Assembly (NCBI GenBank): GCA_965112735.1
Contig: OZ218961.1
Coordinates: forward strand, 992,001-1,056,000
Direction: 5' to 3'
Length of the DNA stretch: 64,000 bases
From: Phaeosaccion multiseriatum
Lineage: Eukaryota > Protista > Ochrophyta, other classes
Position numbers and translations under genes: made by a program. This document shows positions 11,743 to 56,580 of this stretch, piece by piece. Positions within the stretch are counted from its first letter, which is position 1. Every line of letters begins with the position of its first letter. Below the pieces are notes generated by a model. The model saw only the letters and a program-made list of their open reading frames with translations, was not told the origin of the DNA and searched no databases.

Positions 11743-14112
11743 TTGTTGGTGTGTTTCGTGGGCTGCAGTAAAGGATAGCGCAGCAGTAGCAGCAGTAGAA
11801 GGTGGTGGAGGAGGGGGGTTTACATGTCTTGCGCTGCCGTGGTCTTTCCTGTTACACTTGTTCGCAAAGGATGGTTTGCAAGTCAAAGGGAAAAAGCAGT
11901 AACCAGCGTCGGTACCCACACTAGTAGGAGTAGTAGTAGTAGTAGTAGTAGCAGCAGCAGCAGCAGTGACAGCAGCAGTCGGAACCAGGGAAGCGATGGA
12001 GTAGAGGCAGGGACTGTGATGGGGGAGGGGGGGCTGGCAGCAAGGTGTGCCGAGTGAGCGGGGCTGAGGGCACTTACTTGCTCGTGTTGCAGCACCTCCA
12101 TCAGCCTTCATCTACCTGGTGTATCACCAACTGCTTATGGTGTGTGATATGAGGCGCGCTCTTGGGTGTAGAGAAATAGAATAGGGGGAGATTCTTTCCG
12201 CAATTGAGTCGACTGACTCAGCTCGTCTGACTGCTGCCTGTCTGATGATGTGTTTCATCTAGTCCACGCTATTGTTAGTAGGAGTAGCAGAGGGAGGCAA
12301 GAGGAGGTTGGGGAGCAGCACCAGGAGGAGGAGGAGGCGAAGGAGAAGAGCAAGAAGCAGGAGTGGCAACTCTGTGAATAGACGACCAACACACACACAC
12401 ATATCCCTCATGCGCGCATACATCCAAACTCCAGAAACCTTCCTAACCTTTGCTACTACTCCTTCCCCATCCCCCCTTGACACTCCGTGTTTGTTTGGTG
12501 TGGTGTGGTGTGGGGTGGGGTGGCATGGCGTGTCGACAGGTGGGAGAGGCGGTGGCCATAACCGTGGAGGATGAGGAGGCGTATGCTGCCTTCGTGGCGG
12601 CGGACAAGCAGGGGGAAATCGACCTTACGGGGCTGGCGGGAGCGGCAGGAGGGGAAGGAGGGGGAGGAGCAGCAGCAGGAGGAGGTGGAGGAGGAGGAGG
12701 AGCAGCAGCAGCAGCAGGAGGGGGAGGAGGAGGAGGTGGCGGTGGTGGAGCAGTTGGTGCTGCGGTGGAGGAGGCGTTTCTATACATGCCGGCGGCACGC
12801 CATTTGGCCCAGTCCAGGGGTATCGACGCGTCCGCTCTTGAGGGCAGCGGGAGGGACGGCCGCATCACCAAGGGAGACTTGATCACCGCCCTGGCAGAGG
12901 GCACGCAGTTCCCTCCTCTACAGGCAGCAACAGCATCAGCATCATCATCATCATCATCGTCGTCGTCGTCGTCGTCGTCCCCGTCTACCTCGTCTCCACA
13001 AGCAGCAGCAGGAGCAACAGCAACAGCAGGAGCGGCATCACCCGCTCCTCCTGCACAGAGGGTGCCTCCTCCCCCCTTCTCCTTCCCCACCATCGAGGCC
13101 GAGGAGGGGTCGTACGAGGATATTCCCGCATCCAACATGCGCAAGATTATCGGTCGACGCCTCACAGAGAGCAAGGCCACCGTGCCACACTACTACGCCT
13201 CTGTGGAGTGTGAGATTGACGAGGTGATGCGTTTCAGAAAACAAATGGCCACCGATCACGGCATCAAGGTGGGTGGGTGGGTGGGTGGGTCGGTGCGTGG
13301 GCGGACGGGTGTGTGGGTGTGTGGTGGATGCATGCGTGCGTGCGTGCCTGCGTGGATGGAAGGAAAGTTTGATGAGGGGGGGGGGGGGTGTTGCTACAGA
13401 AGATATGTGTTTGTTTTGATCGACGATCACGCACGCACGTTCACACACACACAAACACAAAGCTCTGAAATGCGCAAGGGCAGGGGGTTTACATGTTTCC
13501 TTTTGCTCATGCTCCGCGATGACACGCACGCACGCGCGCGCGCAGGCACGCACATGTCAACCCCTGAACCTGTCCTCCTCCTCCGTCCTCCCTCCCCCCC
13601 TCCTCCTTCTATCCCGCCCCTCCCCCCCTCCTTGTCCCTCTCTCCCTCCCTCCCCCTCTCCCTCCCTCCTCCCACCCACCCTTCCTCGCTCCCCGAACAA
13701 CAACAATAACAACCACCCCGACTCACAGATTAGCGTCAACGACATTGTAATCCGCGCTAGCGCACTCGCCCTGCGCGATGTGCCCGAAGCGAACGCATCA
13801 TGGGACCCTAAGAGCGGCTCGGTCAAGACAGACAAGGACAGAGCCATTGACATATCCGTAGCAGTTGCCACTCCGGCCGGCCTTATTACGCCAATTGTGA
13901 CGGATGTGGACGGTCGAGGGCTTGTGGACATTAACGCGACTGTGCTTGACCTTGCCACCAGGGCGAAGGACAACAAGCTCAAGCCGGAGGAGTTCCAGGT
14001 TAGAGGCGTATGGAGAGGGAGGGAGGGAGGGAGGGAGAGAAGGAGGAAGAGAGGGAGGGACGGAGTCAGTGGTGGGTGTCAGGTGGTGAAGTCACCATGC
14101 CTTTCCTTTGTT

Positions 14113-14148
<36 letters not shown>

Positions 14149-14842
14149 CATTACTTTCTTGCTTCTCGTGCATCGAATGCACCAATTCGAAAACATCTGT
14201 GGCACTTCACTCACTTCCACGTTCCGTCGTTCATTCTTTCGTTCCTTCCTTCCCTTCTTTCACCTTCCCTCCTCCTCCGTTCCTTCCTCCATCCATCCAT
14301 CCTTTCCTTCTTTCCTCCTTCCTCTCCTCTCCTCCCTCCTCTCCCCCCTTCCCCTCCCATCCCGTCCCCTCCACAGGGTGGAAGCTTCACTATCTCCAAC
14401 CTGGGTATGTTCGGCATTAGCGAATTCTCCGCCGTCATCAACCCCCCCCAGGCGTGCATCCTTGCCGTGGGAGGGGGTATCAAGAGCGTGTTGCCGGGCC
14501 TTAAGGAGCCTGGGATGGCGGTGGACGACAAAGTGGTAAGTGCGACAAGAACAAGCTTGATACTGTATCCTTATCTTATCTCACTCCCTTCGTGTACAGT
14601 TGGTTGTTTGACCACACCTGCCCCCCCTGCCGTCGAAGCCCTCGTCGGAAAGAACCACACACACGTCATTTCGGTAACCGCCTTTCTGTAACCGCCTTTA
14701 TTATTGATAGGTGCCTCGGATAGCTACGGTGATGACGGCGAGGCTTTCGTCGGATCGGCGGGTGGTGGACGAGCCTGTTGCAGGCCTCTTTTTGCAGGCA
14801 TTTAGACACTACATGAGCCAGCCAAAGCTACTCATGCTGTAG
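11206..14842 (+). CDS. PDHX: Mitochondrial pyruvate dehydrogenase E2-family protein, probably E3-binding protein (protein X)-like
   Basis: Arg/Ala-rich presequence, lipoyl domain MPALSPTM...EVETDKA, PSBD MPAARHLA...GSGRDGRITKGDL, and core MRKIIGRRLTESK, SVNDIVIRA, GGSFTISNLGMFG, AVINPPQACILAVG. The C-terminus reads LSSDRRVVDE rather than DHRxxDG. Exons 11206-11709, 12540-13268, 13729-13998, 14377-14535, 14711-14842. Confidence 0.85.
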
Positions 14843-15000
14843 TAGTACACGAGCCAGCCAACGCTGCTCATGCTATAGCAGTTAGTAGTACACGAGCCAG
14901 CCAAAGCTGCTCATGCTTTAGCAGTTAGTAGTACACGAGCCAGCCAAAGCTGCTCATGCTTTGGTTGTACATGAGCCAGCCAAAGCGACTCATGCTCTTG
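14810..15000 (+). repeat. Tandem copies of the last ~11 codons of the PDHX-like gene
   Basis: tacaYgagccagccaaagctRctcatgct occurs at ~14810, 14846, 14889, 14932 and 14968. Confidence 0.9.
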
Positions 15001-15928
15001 GAGGGATGCTGGAGGAGGGATTGCTTCTCGGCTTCTCTCTTCTCTCTCCCCGGCGAGAAAATGGAGGGAGGGAGGCAAGGAAGGAGGGACTATCGAGACA
15101 ACTCGCTCGGACTTTGGAGGGAGAGCGACGGAGAAAGAGTTGAGTTAGTTTTATGAAGGGTAGGAGAAAATGGAAGGGCCTAATTTGGGCACGCACAGCA
15201 ATTGGTGATATAGTATAGCAGCTCTGTCCCTTCCTCTGTCGAAGCAAGGTGTACTTCCCCGTCTGCCCGCCCCAGGCGCCCTTGTCGATATCGATATGCT
15301 CGATGTTAAATCCATCGAGGTCAATCACTTCATACCTATATCTGGAGTAGTATTGACTACTTTGAGTACCCTTGGTCGGTCTGGGGGGGGGATGACTTGG
15401 AGGTCGAGTGTGGCGTTGATGTGTAGCACCACTGCTCGGCACTGCTCGACAACTGTGGTGGTGGAGTGCAGCTCCTTGGGCAGGGAGAGGGCGGGGGGGG
15501 TACGTGTGTTGCGTGCGCGTGTGCGTGAGTGTGTGCGTATGTGCGTGTGTGGGTGTTTGTGGGTGTGTGCGTGAGTGTGTGCGTATGTGCGTGTGTGGGT
15601 GTTTGTGGGTGTGTGCGTGAGTGTGTGCGTATGTGCGTGTGTGGGTGTTTGTGGGTGTGTGCGTGAGTGTGTGCGTTTGTGCGTGTGTGGGTGTTTGTGG
15701 GTGTTTGTGTGTATGTGAGTGCAAGTGCTCTCCCCGTCCCACCCCTTCCATCCTTCGTACTGTAACAAACGCGGATGTGCTTTCGTTTGGTTTGGATGGA
15801 CTGATGTTTACTGTTCTGTAACTGTAAGAGGTCGAATACACCCTTGATGGACTGATGTTTACTGTTCTGTAACTGTAAGAGGTTGAATACACCCTGTTCT
15901 GTAACTGTAAGAGGTCGAATACACCCCT

Positions 15929-33039
<17,111 letters not shown>

Positions 33040-33622
33040 CTTGAGAGGGAGATACGCCGTCTAAGATACGTCTAGGCTTAATTGACAAGGACACCTGCGT
33101 TCCTTGCGACCCTGTGAGCGTATATAGAGAGATTACTTGAGAGGAGAGAAGGGATTGATTCCATATGGAGGCCGGCGGGGGCCTCCTCCCCCCTTGACTT
33201 ATTCTTTGCTCGTGAAGTGCCATCCGCATCTCTCGTGGGGTCGGGCTCTGGGATCGAGCGAAAGTGCGCCTTGCTTCCTGGGGAAAGTAAACGGGCTCAA
33301 CCGCGGCGCCGGACCTGCACTCCCTCTCCCCGACCACCAAGAGGGGGAGTAACCGGCCTCTCGCGGGCCCCAGAGACACAGAGACACATTCACACGCACA
33401 CACACACATTCTGTTTCTTACGTGACTCCTATTCAGGTTAAATATATCCTCCTCTCCTCCATAATTGCGACCTCCGTGTGGGTAGCCGATATCGTAGCTG
33501 ATAGCTGACGCCAACAAAAGGCAGCAACAGGTCAAGGTTGGCTGACGTCGGCGGTAGCAGGTAGACACTCTTACAGTTTTCATCAGATGATGAAGACGAC
33601 TCTATGATTGCCTGTCTAGTCC

Positions 33623-34847
33623 TCAGTCACTCTCCTCCTCAGCCTCCTCCTCCTCCGCCTCCTCCTCCTCCTCCTGCTGCTGCTCCTCTTGCTCCTCTTG
33701 CTCCTCCTGCTCCTCCTGCGCCTCCTCCTCCTCCCCTACGAAGAACACCACCTCAAGGCCCTCGGGCAGCTCGTCAGGGAGCTCGTAACCCTCTGGAACC
33801 ACGAGTCGCTCCAGCCCTACAGGCAGATTCGGTAGTGGCTGCGTGTACTCCGCTCCCAGCTCCAGAGTCCGAAGAGAGGCAGGGAGAGTCAATGGTTGAT
33901 TGAATACAGACGATTCACCAAACTCCACTGAGTCCAAAGCGTCGGGCAGAAGTACGTCACGATTGAAGGCTGCGCCAAATACGACCTTGCGCAGCGACGA
34001 GGGAAGGGTTATCCCAGAATCAAACTCAATGCCTAGCTCCAACTCCTCCAGAGCATCGGGTAGAATCACATCAGCCTGGTCGAAGCCCCCCCCAAATGTT
34101 ATCCTTCTCAGCGATTGAGGGAGGTCCACTGATTTATTGAATGTGGAATACTGAGCAAAGCTCAGCTCTCGGAGGCTGCGAGGAAGCTTGACCCCTCCAT
34201 GGAACATCTCTCCAAAATGCACGCTCTCAAGCCAGTTGGGAAGGTGCACCGCAGGGGAGTTGAAAAAGTCCCCCAGGCGAATATGCTTCACCGAGGGAGG
34301 GAGCACTCTCAGCGCTGCCTTGACAAGGGCAGTGTCCCCGTTTAGACAGCAGCCACATGGCCCCAAAAGGCCCAGTGATGCTGCGGTCACACGAAATACA
34401 CGGACAGCCCCTTCGCCTCCTCCATCTCCGCCATCTTTGAACAGCCTGCTGCTCCTCCTTCTTGGCCTTTGGAGGTGCTGGCTCTGCCCCTCTTCAGACG
34501 CAGGAGCTGTAGATGACGCCCCTCCTTTCGACGGTGCAAGCTCGAGCCGTTGCTGGTGCTCGAGCATCGTCAAAATCCGCTGCTGCACAGGCTTCCGCAT
34601 CTTGCAGTTGAGTTTCACTCGCCTCCCCGCCACAGCGTCCACCTCTCTGCACAGGCCCCATAGACTCCTGAAGGAGCCCACATTCGCCACCAGCAAGCTC
34701 AGCACCTCCACCCCGTCCCAGTTTGCTGCCTTGGTATTGGGAGCTTTCGTGCGCCTCTTTGACCCAGAAGAAGAGGGGGGGCTCGTCACTACTGCTGCTG
34801 CTGCTGCTCCTGCTGCTCCTGCTGCTCGTCTCTTACGCCTCTCCATC
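33623..34847 (-). CDS. Intronless FNIP-repeat protein with an acidic C-terminal tail (start may lie up to 34960)
   Basis: Open ORF 33623-34960 with ~7 repeats such as FNKSVDLPQSLRRITFGGGFDQ and FNQPLTLPASLRTLELG. The N-terminal block WDGVEVL..SLWGLCREVDAVAGRRV is shared with the 6113-7361 copy. Confidence 0.85.
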
Positions 34848-35489
34848 TTCCTCTTGCCCTTCTTTTGCTCAAACGAGGCCGTACTTAGAGGTAAAGGGTG
34901 AGGAAGGATGCTTTGCCCTCGTATGTCATCGACATTTGTGAGCAGTATATCGACGAACAATATCCTCCTCCCCCTCCCTCACTTGGACTATCTCTCAATA
35001 GGTATAACCAATTCTCCCCATTCGTCTCTCCCTCTTCCTTCCTTTCCCTCTCTCTATGCCTCTATACTACACTTTGGGCAATGCCACCGTCAGGGCCGCC
35101 TCCCGGCGTATCTGGGACTGAAATCTTGCGTGGGCAATAGTAAAGAATGTGGAATGGTTGCAAACACGTGCCTATTCGATCGGTGTCCAAAGATGTGCTT
35201 CGCCTCTCCTCTCCTCTCCCCTCCTCTCCTCCTATGGGATATTCCCTCCTCACCTTCCCTGCCTGCATGGCCACCCCGGTCCTGACACCAGTTAACAAAG
35301 ACGACACCTCAAGCCCCCGTCCCCGCCCCCCCCCCCTCCACCTCTCCCACAGCTACTTACTACCTTTACGGCATGCCACCACAGGGGCTTCTCGTTTTAT
35401 GCCTACGAGCACCGTTACGTCCTACGTCAATGACATCCACGCAGACACCAAGATGCATGCATGTGTTTCAGCACTATACGGTATCACTC

Positions 35490-45809
<10,320 letters not shown>

Positions 45810-46854
45810 CCTGGAATACCAGCGTTTGCCCTGTCCTCTCTAAGGACCACCCTCCCGTGCTCCGCGCCTTGCTGACGCCTGGTATGAGAAGGAGGAGGGA
45901 AAAGGGGAGGGGCGGAAAGAGCGCCAGAGAGCACAAAGACAGGGAGAGAGGGAGAGAGGGCCGTTAGACTCGTCCATTTCGGAGGGAGTGGAGAGGGTAA
46001 AGAGGGATAGAGTGTCAAGCAAGCTCGGTGAAGGTCCCCCGCGCAGGCAACGCAAGCAACTTACGGTGAAAAGGACAATCATGAGCAGTGACCAGAGGAA
46101 CAACGAACAAGTGCAAGGGCCGATCGAGCAGCCAAGTGATTTCGCAAGCCCCTTGCCGGAGCAACCGAACAATAATTTCTCATACCCTCTCAGTCCGCAC
46201 CGTCTTTCCAGAGCACACAACAGCCGCGAGACCTTTATCAACCAGGCACTGTTGCAGGCACTGTTGCAGCAAAAATCTAACAGCTGCTCGATCCGCTCTC
46301 GGTACGCACCGTCTTCCCACTCGAGAGCCAGAGAGGATTCGAAGAACCGTATTTACGGTGAACAATGCTGGACAGTTACGATGCGCTTTGTGGCCTCTCC
46401 TTATTTTATCGCTTTCCCTCCTCTTTTCAAATCAAATCACATCCAAATCCCAAATTGGAATCCAAATTGAGGTTTCAATTTTTTTCCCCCTCATTTCCCT
46501 CTCCTTTCTCTCCCTCCTTTCCCCTCTTTCTATCTACAACAGTGATGCCAGACCAAGCGGGCCTTGAAGCTGAGCCTTCAAGATACCTTGCGTCCTAAGA
46601 CTGAGAAAGTGCTGTCGGCCAAGCTCGGCCGGAGCAAGCAGCTCTTGGGGGAGTACGTTACCGGTGAGGCGGCACGTTGCGATGACCTGTGACGTGACTC
46701 AGAGGCCTGCCTCTCCCTTTCTGCATCTCCCTCTCCCTCTCCCTCTCCATGTCCCCCCATCTTCGCTTTTCCCCTTCTCTCGTGGCACTCCTACTTCATC
46801 TTTTCCCCTTCTTCGATCCTTCTTCAACCCACGCACCCGCTCTCCGTGCTTGCG

Positions 46855-46893
<39 letters not shown>

Positions 46894-46955
46894 GCTGCAT
46901 CGCAGTTTTGCATCGTGCCTTGTTGCCGCGGTGCCAGTTTGGTCGACGCTGAAAG

Positions 46956-50954
<3,999 letters not shown>

Positions 50955-51498
50955 CAGGAGCACATTGGCAGGAGCACATTAACAGGAGCATATTGGTAGG
51001 AGCACGTTGGCAGGAGCACGTTGGCAGGAGCCGGAGCCTCCCCCCTGATCCCCTGCCCCATATGCCTCTCTCGCACCAGCTGACAAGTTACAAGGCCCCT
51101 TAGTTTTGGTAGTCGCAGGGGTGACTAACGTTGTGCACCCGCTGCTTTTATCTCCGCAATAGTTTTGGTCGTCGATATTAATTATGTCTCATTCCCTAAT
51201 GTCGTGGTGGGTGTAGAATTGTCTGTGTCTGATGACCTGTGGGCACGAACGTTCGTCCCGTTGACACCGCACTCTTTCTCCGATCGGAGGCGTTGTAGCG
51301 CGGCAAGGCTCTTACGGCGCATGATTGCCTCTTGACAGACAAACGCATACTCCAATCACAAAGGTGGCGGACATTGGCGTGGAGGAACTGCAGTTCCTCG
51401 ATATATATATATATATATATATATATAATGTATATAAATTTTTTCTTCCTCTTGTCTTTAATTCCTTTTTCCCTATATAAGTACTTCTATTGTGTGTT

Positions 51499-52680
51499 TC
51501 ATGTACGTATAACTGACAGGTTATAGGAATCAAGAAGAAGAAGAAGAATGTGTACCTCGAGGTGGCCCCCTCCCTCCCTCCAGCCCACACCCCATGTAGC
51601 CAATAGCCGTCTTGGCTCCCTCCCAGCAAGGCTCTCGTGGGAGGGTAGGGTGATTGAGAAGCATTCCAGGACGGGAATATGTCCAGCTAGACATGCGGCG
51701 CTCCCCGAGTACGAGTCAAGTTGTGCATTCCCGTCGTCCGATAACAACCACTTCAATAAACATACATATTATATTACGATAGTATATATATTATAATGAA
51801 GGAATCGGCTCCAGGCGAGGTTTCTCGGGCCCCCGATAAAGCAGAAGCCCGCGGCGGCCTGCGGCCGAAAGTAAGAAGCCTGCGGCTGGCCTGCGGCCAG
51901 AAGCCTGCAGAAAGTAGCGAAAAGCCTGCCAAGTCCCCCATTTTTCTCCCAGCCTGAGAAGCCTGAAGCCTGACCACTGGCCTGCGGCCAGAAGCCTACG
52001 CTGGCCTGCGGCCAGAAGCCCGAAGCCTGGAGGGGGCTACGGCCCAGAAGCCTAAAGCCCGAGAAACCTCGCCTGGAGCCGATAATATATCTCCAAGCGG
52101 CGTCCTCTTGCGCCAAGCTACACATGCGCGGTCGCCGTTCTCGTCCCATGGGCACGCACTACTCCTTGTCGGGAATGTCCGCTGAGCGCAGCCACATCAG
52201 TCTTTTCTCCCAGGACAGTCCTTACTAAGGAGGGCATTGCATACCTCGACATATCAGCAATATCCGTGTCGGGCAGCAACATTGAAGAGCTGGGCACCTA
52301 GCTGGAGCCGCTGCTGACTTGTGGCCCAGTTTCACGCACTCCACAGAGCGCACCACAGATGAAAAGGCTGTCTCCACTGCTGGATACAAAGCGGCGTGAT
52401 TCCTTCACTCCTCACACACACCTGGCGGAAAGCAGAAGTGTCCCTTTCCCACGTACCCCATAACTGCGTTGCGCAGCTCGAGCTGTGTCAAGACCTCGTG
52501 TCAAGCTTCAAATAGCAGCCCACTCCCCTCTCCGTGTGAAGCACTAGCATTAGCGCCACCCTGTCCTGCTGCTGCTGCTGGAGATCGCTTCATCCTCTCC
52601 TTCCACTGGTCCGTAGAGTCACGGGAAGCCCCCCACCCTGCTCCAGCGCCCTTCTCTGCTGTAGCCTCGTCTCCATAGTG
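51499..52680 (-). pseudogene. Decayed ankyrin-repeat-like gene interrupted by a MITE
   Basis: Fragments LFNVAARHGYC*YVEVCNALL (~52220-52290), KWLLSDDGNAQLDSYSGSAACLAGHIPVLEC (~51660-51756) and GGHLEVHIL (~51545-51570), with stops and frameshifts. Confidence 0.5.
51806..52081. mobile_element. MITE-like element (276 bp) with perfect 25 bp TIRs, flanked by AT
   Basis: 51806-51830 (cggctccaggcgaggtttctcgggc) is the exact reverse complement of 52057-52081. AT lies on each side. The interior has repeated gaagcct/ggcctgcggccagaagcc units. Confidence 0.88.
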
Positions 52681-52978
52681 TTTTAACAAGATGAGGTCAC
52701 TTGTTTGGGGATGGGGGAGAGGAGAGGTTTATGGATGGGCCATATGCGGAAGGCAGCAGGACGGCAGCCAGCAGCCCACAGCACCAGAGCTGCAGCAGAC
52801 ACACGAAAGATGATTAGGCAAGAGTCTATGAGTGATGAGCGGGGTTGGAGGAGGGGAAGAAAGAAGAAAAGGGGAAGGAAAGCGGGAAAGCTCTGGCCAG
52901 TTGTGAGTGTCTTTTTGGAGTCAAAGGACTCAAAGGACACAGCTCCACTCCAGCGACGCCTTGTGCCCGTTGCGGGTT

Positions 52979-53147
52979 ATGAATCCCGCCCAGCAGCAGC
53001 TCGCTTGGGGTCCCGACAGTTTCCGGTATGCAGCAGTTCCTCCTGAGCTTGTGCAGCTCGCTCAAGAGCTCAATGAGTGTGGTGGGGGAAGGGCCACCCT
53101 CGCCAAATTGGAAACCTTCCTTCTCATCGCCAAACATGACCACCTCC

Positions 53148-53206
<59 letters not shown>

Positions 53207-55223
53207 GAGTAAAGATGGTGGGGAGTGCTCTTCCTTCTGCTTTCGTCGCTGTGCTTACTAACTAAGCTTCTGTGCTCCCTCACTTGCTGTGCAACTCTCC
53301 CTCACTTACGCAGCGAAGCATCATCTGGCCGGAGAAGAAGGGGGGCGGGGCCGAAAGCACCCACGCTATACTTCTGGATCCTAGAGCAGGCATCCCACTG
53401 GCGCTACAGAGCTTTCCTTTTTCTCGCGTGCTACCCGTCAACCCCTCTCCTCGACAGGTGTGTGTGTGTGTGTGTGTATGTGTGTGTGTCTAGTTATTGA
53501 GTTTCTCCACCAGAAATAAATGAGGTAAAACGATGGGAGCAGGGGAGGCATCTACCTGCATCCACCATCGTTGCCCTGACAACACCACCTCGGCACGCGT
53601 GTCCGCTGTGGGGCAGATTCACCGAAGCGTGGGGCTACCCATAGTCTCGTGGCTGCACAGAGGATTCAACGCCACCCTCATGACTTATGGAGCAGCAGGA
53701 GCAGGAAAGACGGCCGCCGTATTCGGGCTGGAGAGGGGCGTATTGAGCTACGAGGGCTTGCTCGACTCCGTGTTGGAAGGTATTTTCTCCACTGCCGCTG
53801 CCACCGAGGGCGAGGGCGAGGCAGCAGCAGCAGCAGCAGCAGGAGGAGGAGGAGGAGGAGGAGGAGGAGGAGGAGGAGGAGGAGGAGGAGGAGCAGCAGC
53901 AGCAGCAGGAGGAGGAGGAGGAGGAGGAGGAGGAGGAGGAGGAGGAGGAAGAGCAGGAGTAGCAGAAGGAACAGGAGCAGACCGCTTCCGAGTAGGGTTG
54001 AGCGCATGGGAGCTCGTCGGCGACGACAATGTGGTGGATCTTTTGCGTCCACAAGAACAAGAAGAAGAAGAAGAGCACCACCAAGATGGGGGGGGGGGGG
54101 CTGGGGGCGGTGGTGGGAGGGGAAGGGGAAGCGGTGTTGTGGGCACTTCCTCTTCCACCGCCAACGGGGGGAAAGGGAATGCCCCCCACATCCATGCACA
54201 GGCGGCCAGAGTGGTTGACTGCACTGTAGTCTCAGTGGAAGACATATTCACGGCGCGGGATCTGGTGTGCCTCATCAAGAGCAGGAGTGGCAATTGGAAG
54301 GCTTTGGGTACGGGGGGTGGTTGTTCTTCTTCAGCGGTTGGTGCTTCGGTGGATGGGGAAGGGGTTTGGGGGGGAGGGGGGTCCTTGCCGAGCTCTTTTG
54401 TAACGTTGCCCACGGTGGCCCATACCTTCATCAGAGTGACTCTTCATGACTTGGTGCGAGGAAGCGTAGCGACGCTCCACGTTGTGGACTTGGCGGGAAG
54501 GAACAACAGCAGCGCAGCCCCTCGTCAGCTGCACGCCTTTGATCGAGTCATTGCGGAACTCTCCACCGCCTCCACCTCGACCCTTCTCGGGTCATCATCA
54601 TCATCACCATCACCATCGGCATCAGCAGCATCAGAGAAAACCGCCACTACTACAGACACGGCTACTTCCGCTTCTGCTGCTGGAGAGGAAATCAGGCTCC
54701 TGTCGGCTCGAGAAAGTCTCCTCACCCAAGTGCTGGCGCCCATTGTGGCCGGCAACAACCGCACATGGATGCTCTTTTGCTGCACGGACGGAGAAGAGGC
54801 TTTCCTCGAGACGAAGCGTACCGTACAGATGGCTCAGAAAGCATGCACCGTCTCAAACGCCTGCGTGAGGACCGAGAGAAGACAAGAGGAGGAAGGGGGG
54901 GAGGATTTGCTCGTCGGTTTGACTATGCTCTCCAGTGAGGTTGTGCTCGCGCAACGAGGTTCCCGTGGTGTGGAGGAGGAGCTTGTGCCTTCGCCTTTGC
55001 AAGGAGGAGGAGGAGGAGGAGGAGGAGGGAGAGGAGGAGGAGGAGGAGGAGGAGGAGGAGGAGGAGGAGGAGGAGGGAGAGGAGGAGGAGGAGGAGATAG
55101 TGCCGTCGGTTCTCCAGCCTCTGCTGCTGGTGTTGGGGACAGTGAATGTCTTGCCCACTATCAAGTGGGGAGGAGCAAAGTCTTGGGAGGGAGTCTGCCT
55201 CCGAATGGGAAGCCCAACGGAAC

Positions 55224-55269
<46 letters not shown>

Positions 55270-56580
55270 GAGGAGGAGGAGGAGGGGGAGGGGGAGGAGG
55301 AAAAACAGGAGGGGAGGGAGGAGCAACAGCTGGAGGGGGACGCAAGTCATGGTGTCAACGTCTCTCGCTTGAAGCAAGAGATTGACAGCATGATGTCTGC
55401 GATGCTCACCGAGGCAATGCAACGCCAAAGCCATGGCCACGCCGACATTGAAGAGGGGGAGGAGGAGGTGCCACTGCCACTATCTCCTCCTTCGCCTCAT
55501 GCTCCTTCGCCCCATCCGCAGAGTACTTCGGGTTTCGCCGTGCGGGAAACTGCCGTGGAGGAGGAGGAGGAGGGGGAGGCGAAGGAGAAGGAAGAGGAGG
55601 AGAAGGGAGAGAGAGGGGAGGGGGAGGAGGAGGGGGGGGAGGAGGAGGGGGAGGTGGAGGGGCGGGAAGGCAGAGACAGGGATGGGGCTAGAAGAGAACG
55701 CAGCGATGTCCTCCAACGGCCGAGTAGCAGCAGCGGAGAGTCTGTGCTACGGAGAAACTACGAAGCGCTCTTGGGAATGTACAGGGAGGAATCGGTGCTG
55801 CGAAAGAGGGCGGAAGAGCAGCTGCGAGAGACCAAGCAAGAGCGGCTGGAGAGGGCAAGTCGGGCGGAGATTGCGTCTGCCACGCTGCAGGTGGAAAACC
55901 TCAGCCTCCGAGGCAAGTTGCGAAGACTGGAAGGAGACTCCGTGCATGCGGGACTCTTTGAAGCGTACGAGAGCGAAGTGGGTCGTCTGGAGGCCCAAAA
56001 CAAGGAGCTTCGGCAACGGAACGCCAGGCTGGAGCTACAACATGCCTCCTCCTGTCTACTCTTTGCCTCCTCCCCCTTCGGCGGCGGCGACGGTGATGGT
56101 GTTGGTGGTGGTGGCGGTGGCCTCGACTCAGCTGACTCAGCCACCACCACCACCACCACCACCAATAGCCATCGAAAGTACCGGAGGAGGCTGAGAGAGC
56201 TCCATGACCAAGTGATGGCCCTGCAGCACGCCCTGCACGAGTTGAAGCGAGGCGAACGTCGCTGCTTGGCGCAGGAATCGGTGACGGCGTCCTACGCTGC
56301 AAAAGTTCCGCAGCTGAGCAAGAAGCTTCGGCAAGCAGAGGACCAACTCAACTCTCTATACCTGTCGGACGCACGGGCACAAGCGACGATCGAACGGCTC
56401 CACGCAGAGAACGAGGCGTATCGGCGGAGTGAGGAGGCATGGGTGGGCGAGCGTGTCGAGCTTGAGCAGCAGGCTCGTGCCTTGAAAGCGCGGGTGTTGG
56501 AGATGAGGCGCGACGGTGCCAAGTACGAGAAAATTGCGCGCTTTATAGAAAAGCATACGGGGCGGCCTTTAGTTCCGTAG
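52979..56580 (+). CDS. Divergent kinesin-like protein with a C-terminal coiled coil
   Basis: GFNATLMTYGAAGAGKT (P-loop), VGLSAWEL..VVDLL, LHVVDLAG, RESLLTQVLAPIVAGNNRTWML, AFLETKRTVQMA. Exons ~52979-53149, 53314-53457, 53617-56580. Confidence 0.85.

Noticed and set aside
45988-46567. ORFs between the WD40-like gene and the histidine kinase
   Set aside because: No recognisable motifs. This is most likely a divergent promoter or UTR region.
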